Assembly: GCA_002403305.1 (NCBI GenBank)
Contig: DHHM01000017.1
Span: 29,298 to 93,297 of the forward strand
DNA from: Bacteroidales bacterium UBA4772
Lineage (GTDB): Bacteria > Bacteroidota > Bacteroidia > Bacteroidales > VadinHA17
Direction: 5' to 3'
DNA: 64,000 nt
Made by a program: the position numbers and the translations under genes. Shown piece after piece: positions 18,599 through 28,761 of the stretch (positions within the stretch are counted from its first letter, which is position 1; each line of letters begins with the position of its first letter). A model generated the notes under the pieces. That model was not told the DNA's origin. It saw only the letters and a list, made by a program, of their open reading frames with translations, and made no database searches.

Positions 18599-20259
18599 AA
18601 AGAGCAGCATTATACATAGTATCCGGGATCATCCTACTTGCAGGCATCTCCTGCAGTAACAAATTCCTGGAAGAAAATGAGGTCGATCTTTTTGGTATCG
18701 CGGATACCCTCTTCCTGACCAGCTATGATGAAACGGTACAGGTCACCCTTCAAACCTCACTGGCTGATCACGATTTCACGATCTACATGCAGCCAAAGTT
18801 CTTGTCATTCAATTCAATGCACGGAGAAATACGCAACGGATCCATCTCCCTCGATCTCACTGTACTTCATGAAAACATTGATGCCTGGCAGCCGTTTTTC
18901 TACACAATGGTAGTACTCGATGTGGAGAATGTGGGCCTTGTCGGTTTCAACGTAGTTTATACCGATTACAGAAACGTCTCTTTGTACTGTTCCCCGACAT
19001 CTCTTACCTTTACCTCTCCGGACTCCCTGGAATTCATCCTGTCTAATAACGGCTACGGCTTGCTGGCCTGGCAGATAACCGCAATTCCTGAGTGGCTTAC
19101 TGTCTCCCCGGGTGAAGGAACGATCCTTCCCGGCAACTACCAGCCTGTTACAGTCAGGATCCTGCCCCAAATGGTGACCTCCGGGCAGGCCTACAGCGGT
19201 TCAATAAAGATCGGCAACAATTCCGGTTCCGGCTATTACACGCTGCCGGTCTATATAACAGAGTCAGCCATCCCTCCTGCTGATGCTGATCAGATAACCA
19301 GCCTGCTTACCGACGCCGAATATCACCACAATTCGGGGATAATGGCCATCTGTACAAAATCGCCCAACCAACTCATCCTGTTGAACACTGCCACTCAGCA
19401 CTCAGACACGATACCTCTTCAGAAGACTCCAAATTGCATCAGTTTCTCCGAGGACGGGCAGAAAGCAGTCATCGGGTATTCGGTGGCATCGGTAGGTTAT
19501 TTTGATGTCGGCAGTCGGGTTATTACTGAAGAATACAATATAGACTGTATCCCGTATGATATTGTACTCGGGGATAATGAATGGTGCTATATAACACCCA
19601 CGGAAGATCAATGGGAGCAGCTCCGGAGTCTCAATCTCAGCACCGGGGAACTGTTCGTAAATTCACCGGCATCACAGATCTATGAAAAGACCATCATTAA
19701 AAAGATCCCCGGCAAACCACTTATGGCCGGGACACAGACAGGATTGAGTCCTTCCGGACTGCTGCTGTTTGATCTGTCTGCCGGGAAGGCTTCTGATCTC
19801 TTTACCCGTTACCATGAATCAATAGACCGTTTCTGGATTTCAAAAGACACGACCCGACTCTATGCAGCATACGGTAATGTGTACCTTATACCCGAATATG
19901 ACGGCGAGTTCCATTCCAGTGCTCCTCCTGTGTATGGAAACATAGGCGCTGAACTGTTTTCCATCAGTGCCCTGGATGATTGCCCGGTCATCAACAGTGT
20001 CTTTGCCGGCACTGCCAACATTCATTATCAGACCGGCAGCTCTGCCCAGATATATCAGTTCAACGCGACAAACCTCAATAAAACAGCTGCATACACCGTG
20101 AAGCCTGTATGGCTGAATATATCGGGCAGCACATCACTATATTACACCTTCCCCCGCTTCCTTTTCGTCAACAACGAGGGGACTAAAATGTATGTGCTCA
20201 AGAGCCCGAGGAACGACTACGGTATTGAAGGATGGTTCATGGAGACCATAGATCTCTAA
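18595..20259 (+). CDS. surface lipoprotein with a BACON-like domain and a probable beta-propeller
   Basis: Lipobox LLAGISC. BACON-like segment LLAWQITAIPEWLTVSPGEGTILPG. The ATG at 18595 forms an ATGA overlap with the upstream stop. Confidence 0.5.
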   Translation: MKRAALYIVSGIILLAGISCSNKFLEENEVDLFGIADTLFLTSYDETVQVTLQTSLADHDFTIYMQPKFLSFNSMHGEIRNGSISLDLTVLHENIDAWQPFFYTMVVLDVENVGLVGFNVVYTDYRNVSLYCSPTSLTFTSPDSLEFILSNNGYGLLAWQITAIPEWLTVSPGEGTILPGNYQPVTVRILPQMVTSGQAYSGSIKIGNNSGSGYYTLPVYITESAIPPADADQITSLLTDAEYHHNSGIMAICTKSPNQLILLNTATQHSDTIPLQKTPNCISFSEDGQKAVIGYSVASVGYFDVGSRVITEEYNIDCIPYDIVLGDNEWCYITPTEDQWEQLRSLNLSTGELFVNSPASQIYEKTIIKKIPGKPLMAGTQTGLSPSGLLLFDLSAGKASDLFTRYHESIDRFWISKDTTRLYAAYGNVYLIPEYDGEFHSSAPPVYGNIGAELFSISALDDCPVINSVFAGTANIHYQTGSSAQIYQFNATNLNKTAAYTVKPVWLNISGSTSLYYTFPRFLFVNNEGTKMYVLKSPRNDYGIEGWFMETIDL

Positions 20260-20297
20260 ATATCAATGTGATAAATGAAGGGGAGAATCCGGGGCCC

Positions 20298-20972
20298 CTA
20301 TGCTGCCGGCTTGTTCTTCTGTGTGTGGAAATAGGTCAGACCGTTCAGTTCTGTCATGCTGACAAGCTCCAGCCCGACCTCCTTCAGCAGGCTTGCAACA
20401 GCTCGCTTGGTCAGGTACCTGTTGGTCTTTGCATCAATAAAGTTGTACATGCGGTTTACGAAGGGTATCCTCGACTCAATGCCGTTTTCATAAACCTCAG
20501 CCTTCTCCCTCTCCAGCTTCTCCAGGTAGTTCTCCTTGTCGGAATAGCCGTTCTGCGACCTGTTGTCTACAAAACAGCCTATGAAGTTGCTCCTGGAGGG
20601 TAGCAGACCGGTGATCTGCTTCAGGAAATCACGGACCTCCCTGATGTGATTCAGCTGCTTGAGGGTAATGACGGTCTTTATACCCTTCATATCCTCGGCA
20701 TCATAGAAGTAATGACGTGAGGAGGGTATTACCAGGACTCCCGATTCCGAGATGAGGCCCCTACGGTCAAGGTAATCTATCAGATGCTGACGAACCTCAA
20801 CGTCCAGCTCCTCAAAAAGGTGCATCAGCCCGCTGTCCTGCAGGGACAGTTGTTTCGGGCTTACCTTCCTGATAGCCTTGTCGTTAAAAACGTCCGGATT
20901 TGTTCCGATAGTTCCTTTATCCATAGGTTGCTTAAATACGCTAAGAAGTGCAATTATTATGCCACTCTCCAA
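20298..20972 (-). CDS. hypothetical protein, degenerate class-I methyltransferase-like fold
   Basis: LNHIREVRDFLKQITGLLPSRSNFIGCF resembles the post-motif-II region of SAM methyltransferases, but no GxGxG SAM loop is visible. The start is uncertain and may be the internal MDKGT. Confidence 0.4.
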   Translation of the reverse strand: MESGIIIALLSVFKQPMDKGTIGTNPDVFNDKAIRKVSPKQLSLQDSGLMHLFEELDVEVRQHLIDYLDRRGLISESGVLVIPSSRHYFYDAEDMKGIKTVITLKQLNHIREVRDFLKQITGLLPSRSNFIGCFVDNRSQNGYSDKENYLEKLEREKAEVYENGIESRIPFVNRMYNFIDAKTNRYLTKRAVASLLKEVGLELVSMTELNGLTYFHTQKNKPAA

Positions 20973-21122
20973 TCCGGATCCTCGTTACCGGCATTTACAG
21001 GGTCAAATTTATGACCTATTATTTATAACACCTAATCAATTTTGATGTTCACCAGCCCCCGTTTGACCAACGCACCAAAAATGAAGATATTCCGGTTTTC
21101 GGCGTTGACACTCCCTGTCAGG

Positions 21123-21401
21123 TCAGTTTTCAATCCGAAATTCAGCATAGCCGACCGGAGCCGATTCGCTCACGTCGGCATTGTCAACATATCCAATGCC
21201 GTGGCCCTTCCTGCACCAGGCAGCAAATGAGGCCAGTTGTTCCCTGTCGCCCTCAGCCTCGATATATACACTGCCATCGGCCATGTTTTTTACATAGCCG
21301 GTAATACCCCTCCTCCATGCCTCCCGGGCGGCACTCCATCGGAAGCCCACACCCTGCACCATCCCGGTGATATGAATCCTGTAAAGCAGTCTATCTTCCA
21401 T
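21123..21401 (-). CDS. acyP: acylphosphatase
   Basis: 92 aa with the signature ITGMVQGVGFRWSA ... GYVKNMADGSVYIEAEG. Confidence 0.85.
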   Translation of the reverse strand: MEDRLLYRIHITGMVQGVGFRWSAAREAWRRGITGYVKNMADGSVYIEAEGDREQLASFAAWCRKGHGIGYVDNADVSESAPVGYAEFRIEN

Positions 21402-21514
21402 TGTCAGAATAATCCGTCAGGTTTGACAGGCCGGAATCACTGTTTCAGTTTTCCATACAATTTAAGCTAAATTTACGCAATGTTCCATATAAAAACCAAT
21501 ACTTATTCCGGTTG

Positions 21515-23626
21515 ATGAAGAGAGGGCATAAAATAACATTGACTGTCGTCTGCATCATTATTCTTATTCCGGTGGTTTTCATCCTCACCGTCCAGGCAGG
21601 ATTTTTCGGGCGACTGCCGGGGAAGAGGCAACTGCTCAACTACAAGAATGCGACGGCTTCCGTTGTGCTGTCGGCTGAAGGGGAGATGATCGGTAAGTTT
21701 TACTCCGAAAACAGGACGGCCATAGAGTACGACAGGATCCCCGCTCACGTGACGGAGGCGCTGGTGGCGACTGAAGATGTGCGTTTCCATGAACACTCCG
21801 GCATTGACACCAGGAGCCTCTTCAGGGTCATCTTCAAGACCATCCTCTTTCGCGACCGCAGTGCGGGTGGCGGCAGCACCATCACACAGCAGCTGGCCAA
21901 GAACATGTATGGCAGGAAGGACTATGCGCTCTTACCGCTGTTCCTGAACAAGACCAGGGAGGCACTGCTGGCCCGTCGCATTGAGAAGGTATTCAGCAAG
22001 AAGGAGATACTGACTCTTTACCTCAATACTGTCTCCTTCGGGGAGAACCTATACGGCATCGAGGCAGCCTCGCAGAGGTACTTCAGCAAGAGCACCCCCG
22101 AGCTGCAAAGAGAGGAAGCTGCGGTGCTGATAGGCATGCTCAAGGCAAACACCCTTTACAATCCCCGTCTCCACCCCGACAATGCTCTCAGGCGCAGGAA
22201 CGTGGTGCTGCACCAGATGGAGAGGTATTCTTACCTGGATAAGCGCAAGGCTGATTCCCTCTGTGCACTGCCGCTGGAGCTTGATTACAGCAAGATGGAT
22301 CTTGCAGGTCCGGCCGACTATTTTATGGTCAGGGTCAGGAATGAGGCCGGGCGCATCCTGAGCGATCTCACTCCCTTCCGGGGCAGGGAGTGGGATATTG
22401 AAAGAGAGGGCCTGGTTATCACCACCACTCTCAGCCTTCCGTTGCAGCAGGCGGCCAATGAAGCCATCGCGGTGCATATGCCTCGCATGCAGAAGAGGCT
22501 CGACGAGCAGTACGGCACATCATCGGGCAGGAGAGCCCTGCGGGATATCCCTGACAGCCTCAGAAAAATGATGACCACCCTGCATGCCGGGCTGCTCGCC
22601 CTCGATCCGTCAACGGGTGCCGTCAGGGCATGGGTCGGCGGCATCGATCACCGGACGCAGCCCTATGACCAGATACTGGTGCGGCGGCAGCTGGCCTCAG
22701 TCTTCAAGCCTGTTATCTTCGCCGCTGCCCTCGAAGACGGGATGGAGCCGTGTCGCTATCTCGAGAATGACTCGGTCACCCTCTCAGACTTTAAGGACTG
22801 GAGTCCTGAAAACTATAACCACTCCTTCGGTGGCAAATACTCCCTCGCCGGTGCCCTGGCACAGTCGATGAACATACCTGCCTTCAGCCTCTTCATGCTC
22901 ATAGGGTTCGACAAGGTGGAAGATCAATGGAAGAAGATGGGCTTTACCTTCCCTCTGGTCAACACCCCCTCACTGGCCATGGGAACAGCCGAGGCAAGCG
23001 TGCTGGAGGTTGCCCTCGGCTATGCATCTTTTGCCACCGGAGGGATGACGGTGAAACCCCACTTCATAAAATCCATCAGCGACTCGGAGGGCAATGTCCT
23101 GTGGCAGAATGATTTCCATCAGCCCGACGAGAGAGCCCTCTCTGAGAGGTCGAGCCTGCTCATGGGAGCCATGCTTCAGAAAGCCATCAGGGAGGGCACC
23201 GGCGCCTCCGTTCACAGCGTCTACGGTGTCAGATTACCGCTGGCAGGCAAGACCGGAACCTCACAGAACTATGCCGACGCTTGGTTTGCAGCCTTCAATC
23301 CAGGTCTGGTTATAGTGAGCCGCGTGGGGGCCTCCACCCCCGCGGTACACTTCAACAGTGGCAGGTATGGCTCTGGCAGCGCCCTGGCACTGCCGCTGGT
23401 GGCTATGACACTGAAGAAGGCAGAGCGCGACCCGGAGCTCATGAAAGAGATCAATGTGCCATTCCCCGAACTGCCACCGGAGCTGGAAGCAGCACTGCTC
23501 TGCCCCGACTTCAGGGAGAAGACATTCTTTGACAGACTGATAGACCTCTTTGACGATGACGAGATCCTCTACGAAGAGGCCGGAAAACGCCGGCGCTCAA
23601 TCCTTGAAAGGATTTTTCGGAGATGA
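21515..23626 (+). CDS. mrcA: bifunctional penicillin-binding protein 1A (GT51 transglycosylase + transpeptidase)
   Basis: GT51 motifs EDVRFHEHSGID and GGSTITQQLAKN. Transpeptidase motifs SVFKP, SMN and KTGT. An N-terminal TM anchor is present. Confidence 0.9.
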   Translation: MKRGHKITLTVVCIIILIPVVFILTVQAGFFGRLPGKRQLLNYKNATASVVLSAEGEMIGKFYSENRTAIEYDRIPAHVTEALVATEDVRFHEHSGIDTRSLFRVIFKTILFRDRSAGGGSTITQQLAKNMYGRKDYALLPLFLNKTREALLARRIEKVFSKKEILTLYLNTVSFGENLYGIEAASQRYFSKSTPELQREEAAVLIGMLKANTLYNPRLHPDNALRRRNVVLHQMERYSYLDKRKADSLCALPLELDYSKMDLAGPADYFMVRVRNEAGRILSDLTPFRGREWDIEREGLVITTTLSLPLQQAANEAIAVHMPRMQKRLDEQYGTSSGRRALRDIPDSLRKMMTTLHAGLLALDPSTGAVRAWVGGIDHRTQPYDQILVRRQLASVFKPVIFAAALEDGMEPCRYLENDSVTLSDFKDWSPENYNHSFGGKYSLAGALAQSMNIPAFSLFMLIGFDKVEDQWKKMGFTFPLVNTPSLAMGTAEASVLEVALGYASFATGGMTVKPHFIKSISDSEGNVLWQNDFHQPDERALSERSSLLMGAMLQKAIREGTGASVHSVYGVRLPLAGKTGTSQNYADAWFAAFNPGLVIVSRVGASTPAVHFNSGRYGSGSALALPLVAMTLKKAERDPELMKEINVPFPELPPELEAALLCPDFREKTFFDRLIDLFDDDEILYEEAGKRRRSILERIFRR

Positions 23627-23688
23627 ATTTCATCAAATCTTCATACTCGACTCTTTACTTGCATCCCCGTTAAATAAACCATACAGTT

Positions 23689-24513
23689 ATGAAGAAGACA
23701 TTGATTTTACTTACGGCAGCAGCATTCCTTCTCATCACCGGCGCTTGCAGTGAGATGAAGGACAATGCCGGTGACGGGAGGCTGGTGATCAAAATGACTG
23801 ATGATCCGTTTTATATAAGCGGTGTAGAATCTGCCACAGTAACTATTACAAAAGTTGAAATAAAAAAGGTGGGCGACGGAATCAGCGACGGCACTCCGTG
23901 GATGGTCCTCTCAGAAGAAACAGTGACGCTTGACCTGATTGACCTCAGGAACGGTGTCACGGAAACATTGCTCGACCTTGAGGTCCCGGCAGGTGAATAT
24001 GACCAGGTCAGGCTTTACGTGGATGAGGCAGGACTGAAGCTGAAGGATAATGATGATCCCTACAGCGTTAAGGTTCCCAGCGGCAGCCAGACCGGTATAA
24101 AGATACATATCACTCCATCCCTGGAAGTGTCTGACGGTCTCACGGCAGAACTGCTTCTCGACATGGATCTTTCAAGATCCTTCATCCTCCGGGGCAATAT
24201 GCGAAACAATAACGGTTTCATCTTCAAACCGATCATCAGGGCCGCCAATATGACCTCGGCAGGAAGGATTCAGGGCATCGTAACAGACACCCTTGATGCA
24301 GCCATCCGCGATGCCATGGTATGGCTGGAACAGGATACCGTTGTCGCCACGGCGTTCGCCGACTCACTGGGTTACTATGCCATAATTGGCGTACCGGCCG
24401 GCACATACTCCGTCACGGCAGCCAGAGAGGGTTATGACACCCTGAGCTACCGGGGAATTGTTATCAGGCCCGGTAACAAAACCGTACAAAATTTCAAGCT
24501 GAAGAACAGGTAA
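23689..24513 (+). CDS. DUF4382-like lipoprotein with a C-terminal CarboxypepD_reg-like domain
   Basis: Lipobox ITGAC. LVIKMTDDP ... VTITKVEI pattern. C-terminal GYYAIIGVPAGTYSVTAAREGY. Confidence 0.6.
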   Translation: MKKTLILLTAAAFLLITGACSEMKDNAGDGRLVIKMTDDPFYISGVESATVTITKVEIKKVGDGISDGTPWMVLSEETVTLDLIDLRNGVTETLLDLEVPAGEYDQVRLYVDEAGLKLKDNDDPYSVKVPSGSQTGIKIHITPSLEVSDGLTAELLLDMDLSRSFILRGNMRNNNGFIFKPIIRAANMTSAGRIQGIVTDTLDAAIRDAMVWLEQDTVVATAFADSLGYYAIIGVPAGTYSVTAAREGYDTLSYRGIVIRPGNKTVQNFKLKNR

Positions 24514-24546
24514 CCGGTTGACCCGGAAACCGACGGCACAGTGAAG

Positions 24547-24578
24547 GCCGCTCCGAAGACGGGGCGGCTTTTGTTTTT
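24547..24578 (+). terminator. intrinsic terminator
   Basis: GCCGCTCCG-AAGA-CGGGGCGGC followed by TTTTGTTTTT. Confidence 0.65.
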
Positions 24579-24669
24579 GACAGGATTTTTTGCTAAATTT
24601 GAAAGTTATCCGCTGTTTTAGGCAACGGAATACCGATGCCGGTCGTATCAGAATTAATATAACAAGGTA

Positions 24670-26136
24670 ATGAGACGAAACAAAATCCTGTCAGGTATGG
24701 TACTGCTCGCTGCAGCAATGCTGCTTGCAGTATCCTGCGCTGTTAATCCTGTTACCGGGAAGAAGCAGATCATGCTCATGTCAGAAGCCCAGGAAGTTGC
24801 CCTCGGCATCTCCTATGATCCACAGGTACTGGCCACATTCGGGGTATATGATGATCCCAGCCTTCAGGCATTCGTACAGTCGAAAGGCACGGTGATGGGC
24901 AAGATCTCCCACAGACCCAACCTTGAATACCATGTAAAGGTTGTTGACTCGCCTGTGGTGAATGCCTTTGCTGTGCCCGGTGGCTTCATATACCTTACCC
25001 GCGGCATCCTGGCACAGTTTAATAACGAAGCTGAACTCATGGGAGTGCTTGGGCACGAGATGGGGCACGTTGCCGCCCGCCATTCCGTCAGCCAGCAGAC
25101 CAAACAACAGCTTGGCACACTGCTGCTGATAGGCGGAATGATCGCCTCCGAGAAGTTTGCCAACTATGCTCAGTATGCCATGCAGGGTATGGAGCTGCTG
25201 TTCCTGAGCTACAGCCGTGACGATGAGCGAATGGCCGATGCTCTTGGCTGTGAATACTCTTCGAAGATGGGTTTTGACGCAACAAAGATGGCCGATTTCT
25301 TCAATGTGCTTAACAAGATGAACATGGCTCAATCACAGGGCGGTGTTCCCACCTTCCTGTCTACCCACCCCGATCCGGGCGACCGCTACAACTCTGTCAT
25401 ACAGCTCAGCAAGACCTGGCAGGACAGTCTGAAGCTGCCGTCATACAAGGTCAATTCAGATTCATACCTGCAACTGATTGACGGTATTATTTACGGTGAA
25501 GACCCCAGGCAGGGCTACACCGATGACAACACCTTCTATCACCCGGAGCTGAGATTCAAATTCTCATATCCCCCCGGATGGGAGCTTACCAACGCACCCA
25601 CGCAGGTTATCGTACAGCCTCAGGACGGCCGGGCACTGTTACTGTTCACCCTCGCAAACCAGAAGACACTCCAGTCAGCTGTCGACAGCACACTGGCTGC
25701 CTACGGTCTTCAGCTTCAGCGGGCGGAAAGGAGAACCGTCAACGGCCTACAGGCAATAATCACCCTATCCATGCAGCAGGCCAAGGACCAGTCGACCGGT
25801 GCGGTGAGCACAAACACGGTCCTCTCATACTTTATAGAATACGGCTCAATGATCTACGTCTTCCACGGTGTGTCAACCGAAGCCGATTTCAACAATTATG
25901 TAAGTACTATGGAGTCTTCAATGAAGACATTCGCTAAACTAACCGACCCCTACAGGATCAATGTTAAGCCGCAGAAAATAGCCGTCAGGAGGGTCCAGCG
26001 TACTGGCACCCTCGCCAGTGCTTTCAGCTACTACGGCATGAAACAGGATATGTGGGAGGAGCTTGCGCTGCTTAACAACCTGGAACTTAACGACCAGATC
26101 GCAGCAGGAAAAATGATTAAGATTGTAACTCAGTAA
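24670..26136 (+). CDS. M48-family Zn metalloprotease with a C-terminal LysM-like domain
   Basis: HEMGH at LGHEMGHVAARH. Signal/lipobox LAVSC. The C-terminal ~45 aa is LysM-like. Confidence 0.8.
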   Translation: MRRNKILSGMVLLAAAMLLAVSCAVNPVTGKKQIMLMSEAQEVALGISYDPQVLATFGVYDDPSLQAFVQSKGTVMGKISHRPNLEYHVKVVDSPVVNAFAVPGGFIYLTRGILAQFNNEAELMGVLGHEMGHVAARHSVSQQTKQQLGTLLLIGGMIASEKFANYAQYAMQGMELLFLSYSRDDERMADALGCEYSSKMGFDATKMADFFNVLNKMNMAQSQGGVPTFLSTHPDPGDRYNSVIQLSKTWQDSLKLPSYKVNSDSYLQLIDGIIYGEDPRQGYTDDNTFYHPELRFKFSYPPGWELTNAPTQVIVQPQDGRALLLFTLANQKTLQSAVDSTLAAYGLQLQRAERRTVNGLQAIITLSMQQAKDQSTGAVSTNTVLSYFIEYGSMIYVFHGVSTEADFNNYVSTMESSMKTFAKLTDPYRINVKPQKIAVRRVQRTGTLASAFSYYGMKQDMWEELALLNNLELNDQIAAGKMIKIVTQ

Positions 26137-26192
26137 AAACCGACAGATTGACAACACAGACATTTAACAGACCGGGAGCATATAACTCCTGG

Positions 26193-27128
26193 ATGGGTAA
26201 GAACGGGCTTTATGTCCGTTACTCTGCCATCGCCCTCATCGCATTCATCCTGCTGGTAAGCTCACTCTTCACCATCGGTCCCGAGGAGGTGGGTGTCATT
26301 ACACGCTTCGGCAAATATGTGAGGCAGGTTGAGCCGGGACTGAATGTTAAGGTACCCGTTATTGAACGGCTCTATAAGGTGGCTGTCGAGAGGCAGCAGA
26401 AGGAGGAGTTCGGTTTCCGTACTGTTGAGGCAGGCATAAAATCCGAATATACCAAGAAGGGTACTGTTGATGAATCCCTGATGCTCACGGGTGATCTGAA
26501 CCTGGCTGATGTTGAATGGATAGTACAGTACCGCATAGTAGATCCTTACATGTTTCTCTTCAAGGTGAGGGAAGCGGTCTCAACCCTGCGTGATATCTCC
26601 GAGGCCTCCATGCGCGAGATAGTAGGTGACCGTACGGTCAACGAGGTGCTTACCGTCGGGAGGTCTGAGATAGCCTCCAGCGTACACCAGAAGATGCAGG
26701 AGCTGTGCAGCGAATATTCACTGGGCATCAGGATAGAACAGGTGGTGCTGCAGGATGTCAACCCTCCTGACCCTGTAAAGGACGCCTTTAACGACGTCAA
26801 CCAGGCACAGCAGGAGAGGGAGACACTGATAAACCAGGCCAGGTCTGATTATAACAAGGTGATACCAAAGGCTAAAGGCCAGGCGGAAGAGACAATACAG
26901 CGCGCCGAAGGCTATGCCACCGAACGGGTAAATAATGCTCTGGGCGAATCTTCAAGGTTCAACGCACTCTACCTCGAGTATATCAAGGCCCCGGAAGTGA
27001 CCAAGAGAAGGATATACCTTGAGACCATGGCAGAGGTCATACCAAAGCTCGGGCACAAGATCATTACCGACGAGAGCGGCAACAACGTGCTGCCACTTCT
27101 TCAGATGCAACTCACCTCAAACAACTGA
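26193..27128 (+). CDS. hflK: FtsH protease modulator HflK (SPFH/band-7)
   Basis: TM helix then an SPFH domain (GVITRFGKY ... VNPPDPVKDAFNDVNQAQQERE). The track start at 26148 is a TTG, and the first ATG is at 26193. Confidence 0.85.
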   Translation: MGKNGLYVRYSAIALIAFILLVSSLFTIGPEEVGVITRFGKYVRQVEPGLNVKVPVIERLYKVAVERQQKEEFGFRTVEAGIKSEYTKKGTVDESLMLTGDLNLADVEWIVQYRIVDPYMFLFKVREAVSTLRDISEASMREIVGDRTVNEVLTVGRSEIASSVHQKMQELCSEYSLGIRIEQVVLQDVNPPDPVKDAFNDVNQAQQERETLINQARSDYNKVIPKAKGQAEETIQRAEGYATERVNNALGESSRFNALYLEYIKAPEVTKRRIYLETMAEVIPKLGHKIITDESGNNVLPLLQMQLTSNN

Positions 27129-27131
27129 CCC

Positions 27132-28082
27132 ATGCCGGCAAAAAACACAAAACTCATAGTATATATAGCCCTGTTCGCAGTGGCTCTCTTTCTCATCCTG
27201 GAATGCGTCTTCATGGTCAAGGAGACGGAACAGGTTGTCATAACCCAGTTCGGGAAACCTGTAGGAGAACCGAAGACAACCCCGGGCCTGAAGCTGAAGA
27301 TGCCTTTCATCCAGAAGGTAAACTACTTCGAAAAGCGTTATATGGAGTGGGACGGCGACCCCAACCAGCTACCCACCAAGGATAAAAAATTCATTTTCGT
27401 CGATGCCTATGCCAGATGGCAGATCACCGATCCCCTTCAGTTTTTCAAGCGACTGACCGATGAGAGAGGTGCACAGTCGAGGCTGGCTGACATTCTCGAC
27501 GGAGAGACACGTGATTATATCGCCGGTCACAACCTCGAGGAGATCGTTCGTTCCACCAACAGAACCCCTATCTCCTCCGGACTGATAGGAGAGGAGACGG
27601 GAGACACTCTCTCTGACATCGAGACCGGAAGACTCAAAATAGAGGAGATGATTCTCAAATCCTCCAATAAGAAGGTGAGCGACCTTGGTATTGTGATCCT
27701 CGATGTACGCATCAAGCGGCTCAACTATGTCGAGGAGGTCCGGACGCAGATCTACGAGAGGATGAAGAGTGAACGGTACCGTATCGCCGAGAGGTTCAGA
27801 TCGGAGGGCCAGGGTGAAGCCTCCAAGATCAACGGTGAAAAGGAGCGTGACCTCAAGACCATTCAGTCCGAGGCATTCCGTAAGGCTGAAGAGATCCGGG
27901 GCCGTGCTGACGCCAAAGCAGCAGCTATATATGCCGATGCCTATGACCAGACATCCTCATCCAGAAACCTCTACGCTTTTGTGAAGTCGATGGAGGCCTT
28001 CCGCATGACCTTTGACACTACCACAACAATAATACTATCAACGGACGGAGAGCTCTACAAATACCTGAAGGACTTCCGGTAG
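27132..28082 (+). CDS. hflC: FtsH protease modulator HflC (SPFH/band-7)
   Basis: TM helix plus an SPFH domain, immediately after hflK. Confidence 0.85.
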   Translation: MPAKNTKLIVYIALFAVALFLILECVFMVKETEQVVITQFGKPVGEPKTTPGLKLKMPFIQKVNYFEKRYMEWDGDPNQLPTKDKKFIFVDAYARWQITDPLQFFKRLTDERGAQSRLADILDGETRDYIAGHNLEEIVRSTNRTPISSGLIGEETGDTLSDIETGRLKIEEMILKSSNKKVSDLGIVILDVRIKRLNYVEEVRTQIYERMKSERYRIAERFRSEGQGEASKINGEKERDLKTIQSEAFRKAEEIRGRADAKAAAIYADAYDQTSSSRNLYAFVKSMEAFRMTFDTTTTIILSTDGELYKYLKDFR

Positions 28083-28328
28083 CCGGCCAGACCGGCCTCA
28101 ACACAAATCCGCGTTCTCCTGCCTGCACAATGTGTAAGGTAAACCGCTGTTTATCAACAGCCGGGACCTGTATATCAAAATGAGCATTGCCGGCGGCTCC
28201 TGCTGTTGTAAATTAGCATTGAGTTTTGACAGTTTAATTTACCTTCCAAAACTCTGCAGGAAGAGACAAAATGAAACTTGCATGAGCAATATCTCACATA
28301 AGGATCTGAATATAAAATTTCATGCAAG

Positions 28329-28347
28329 TTCCATTCGACCAATGAAA
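28329..28347. promoter_or_regulatory. 7-5-7 inverted repeat TTCCATT-CGACC-AATGAAA (second copy of the candidate operator)
   Basis: Shares CATTCGACCAATGARATAAAT with 3150-3170. Confidence 0.35.
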
Positions 28348-28365
28348 TAAATGTTTTATATACGA

Positions 28366-28500
28366 ATGAAAACCTATTATCAGATAACAGCGGAAGGAAT
28401 AGGAATAGTCCTGCTCCGGAAAAGAAAGATCGCCAAAGCACTTCGCAGGTGGTTGCGTGAAAATGGTTTGTCCTACGAGTACAGTTTTTACATCCAATGA
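28366..28500 (+). CDS. possible 44-aa small protein (MKTYYQITAEGIGIVLLRKRKIAKALRRWLRENGLSYEYSFYIQ)
   Basis: It is the only clean + strand ORF between the palindromic motif and the orphan terminator at 28541-28573. No homology is known to me. Confidence 0.2.
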   Translation: MKTYYQITAEGIGIVLLRKRKIAKALRRWLRENGLSYEYSFYIQ

Positions 28501-28540
28501 TCTTTCTGAAACAGGTTCTTTTGGCACTATCCGGAGTAAG

Positions 28541-28573
28541 AGAGCCGGCCCCTGACGGCCGGCTCTTCTTTTG
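28541..28573 (+). terminator. strong orphan intrinsic terminator
   Basis: A 10-bp GC-rich stem AGAGCCGGCC/GGCCGGCTCT with a 6-nt loop, then TCTTTTG. It lies 460 nt beyond the hflC stop. Confidence 0.65.
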
Positions 28574-28761
28574 CTCACTGACAGACAGAAAAGGCCGCAG
28601 TTATCCACCGCAGCCTCTGTTCTGAATGTATTGCACAGTGCCGTGATTCAGCCCCTGTCGGGGAAGAACCTGCGCCACCAGTAATATTTCCGTATTCTTG
28701 CCATAATCAAATCGTTTGCAAATATGCAAACAATTTTTCTTGCCTGTTATTGTATGACGGA

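Noticed and set aside
28175-28608. 88-aa and 104-aa minus-strand ORFs in the hflC-mscL gap
   Set aside because: They overlap each other and read antisense through the strong plus-strand terminator. Their sequences have no signal, TM or domain features. I treat the region as non-coding or sRNA instead.
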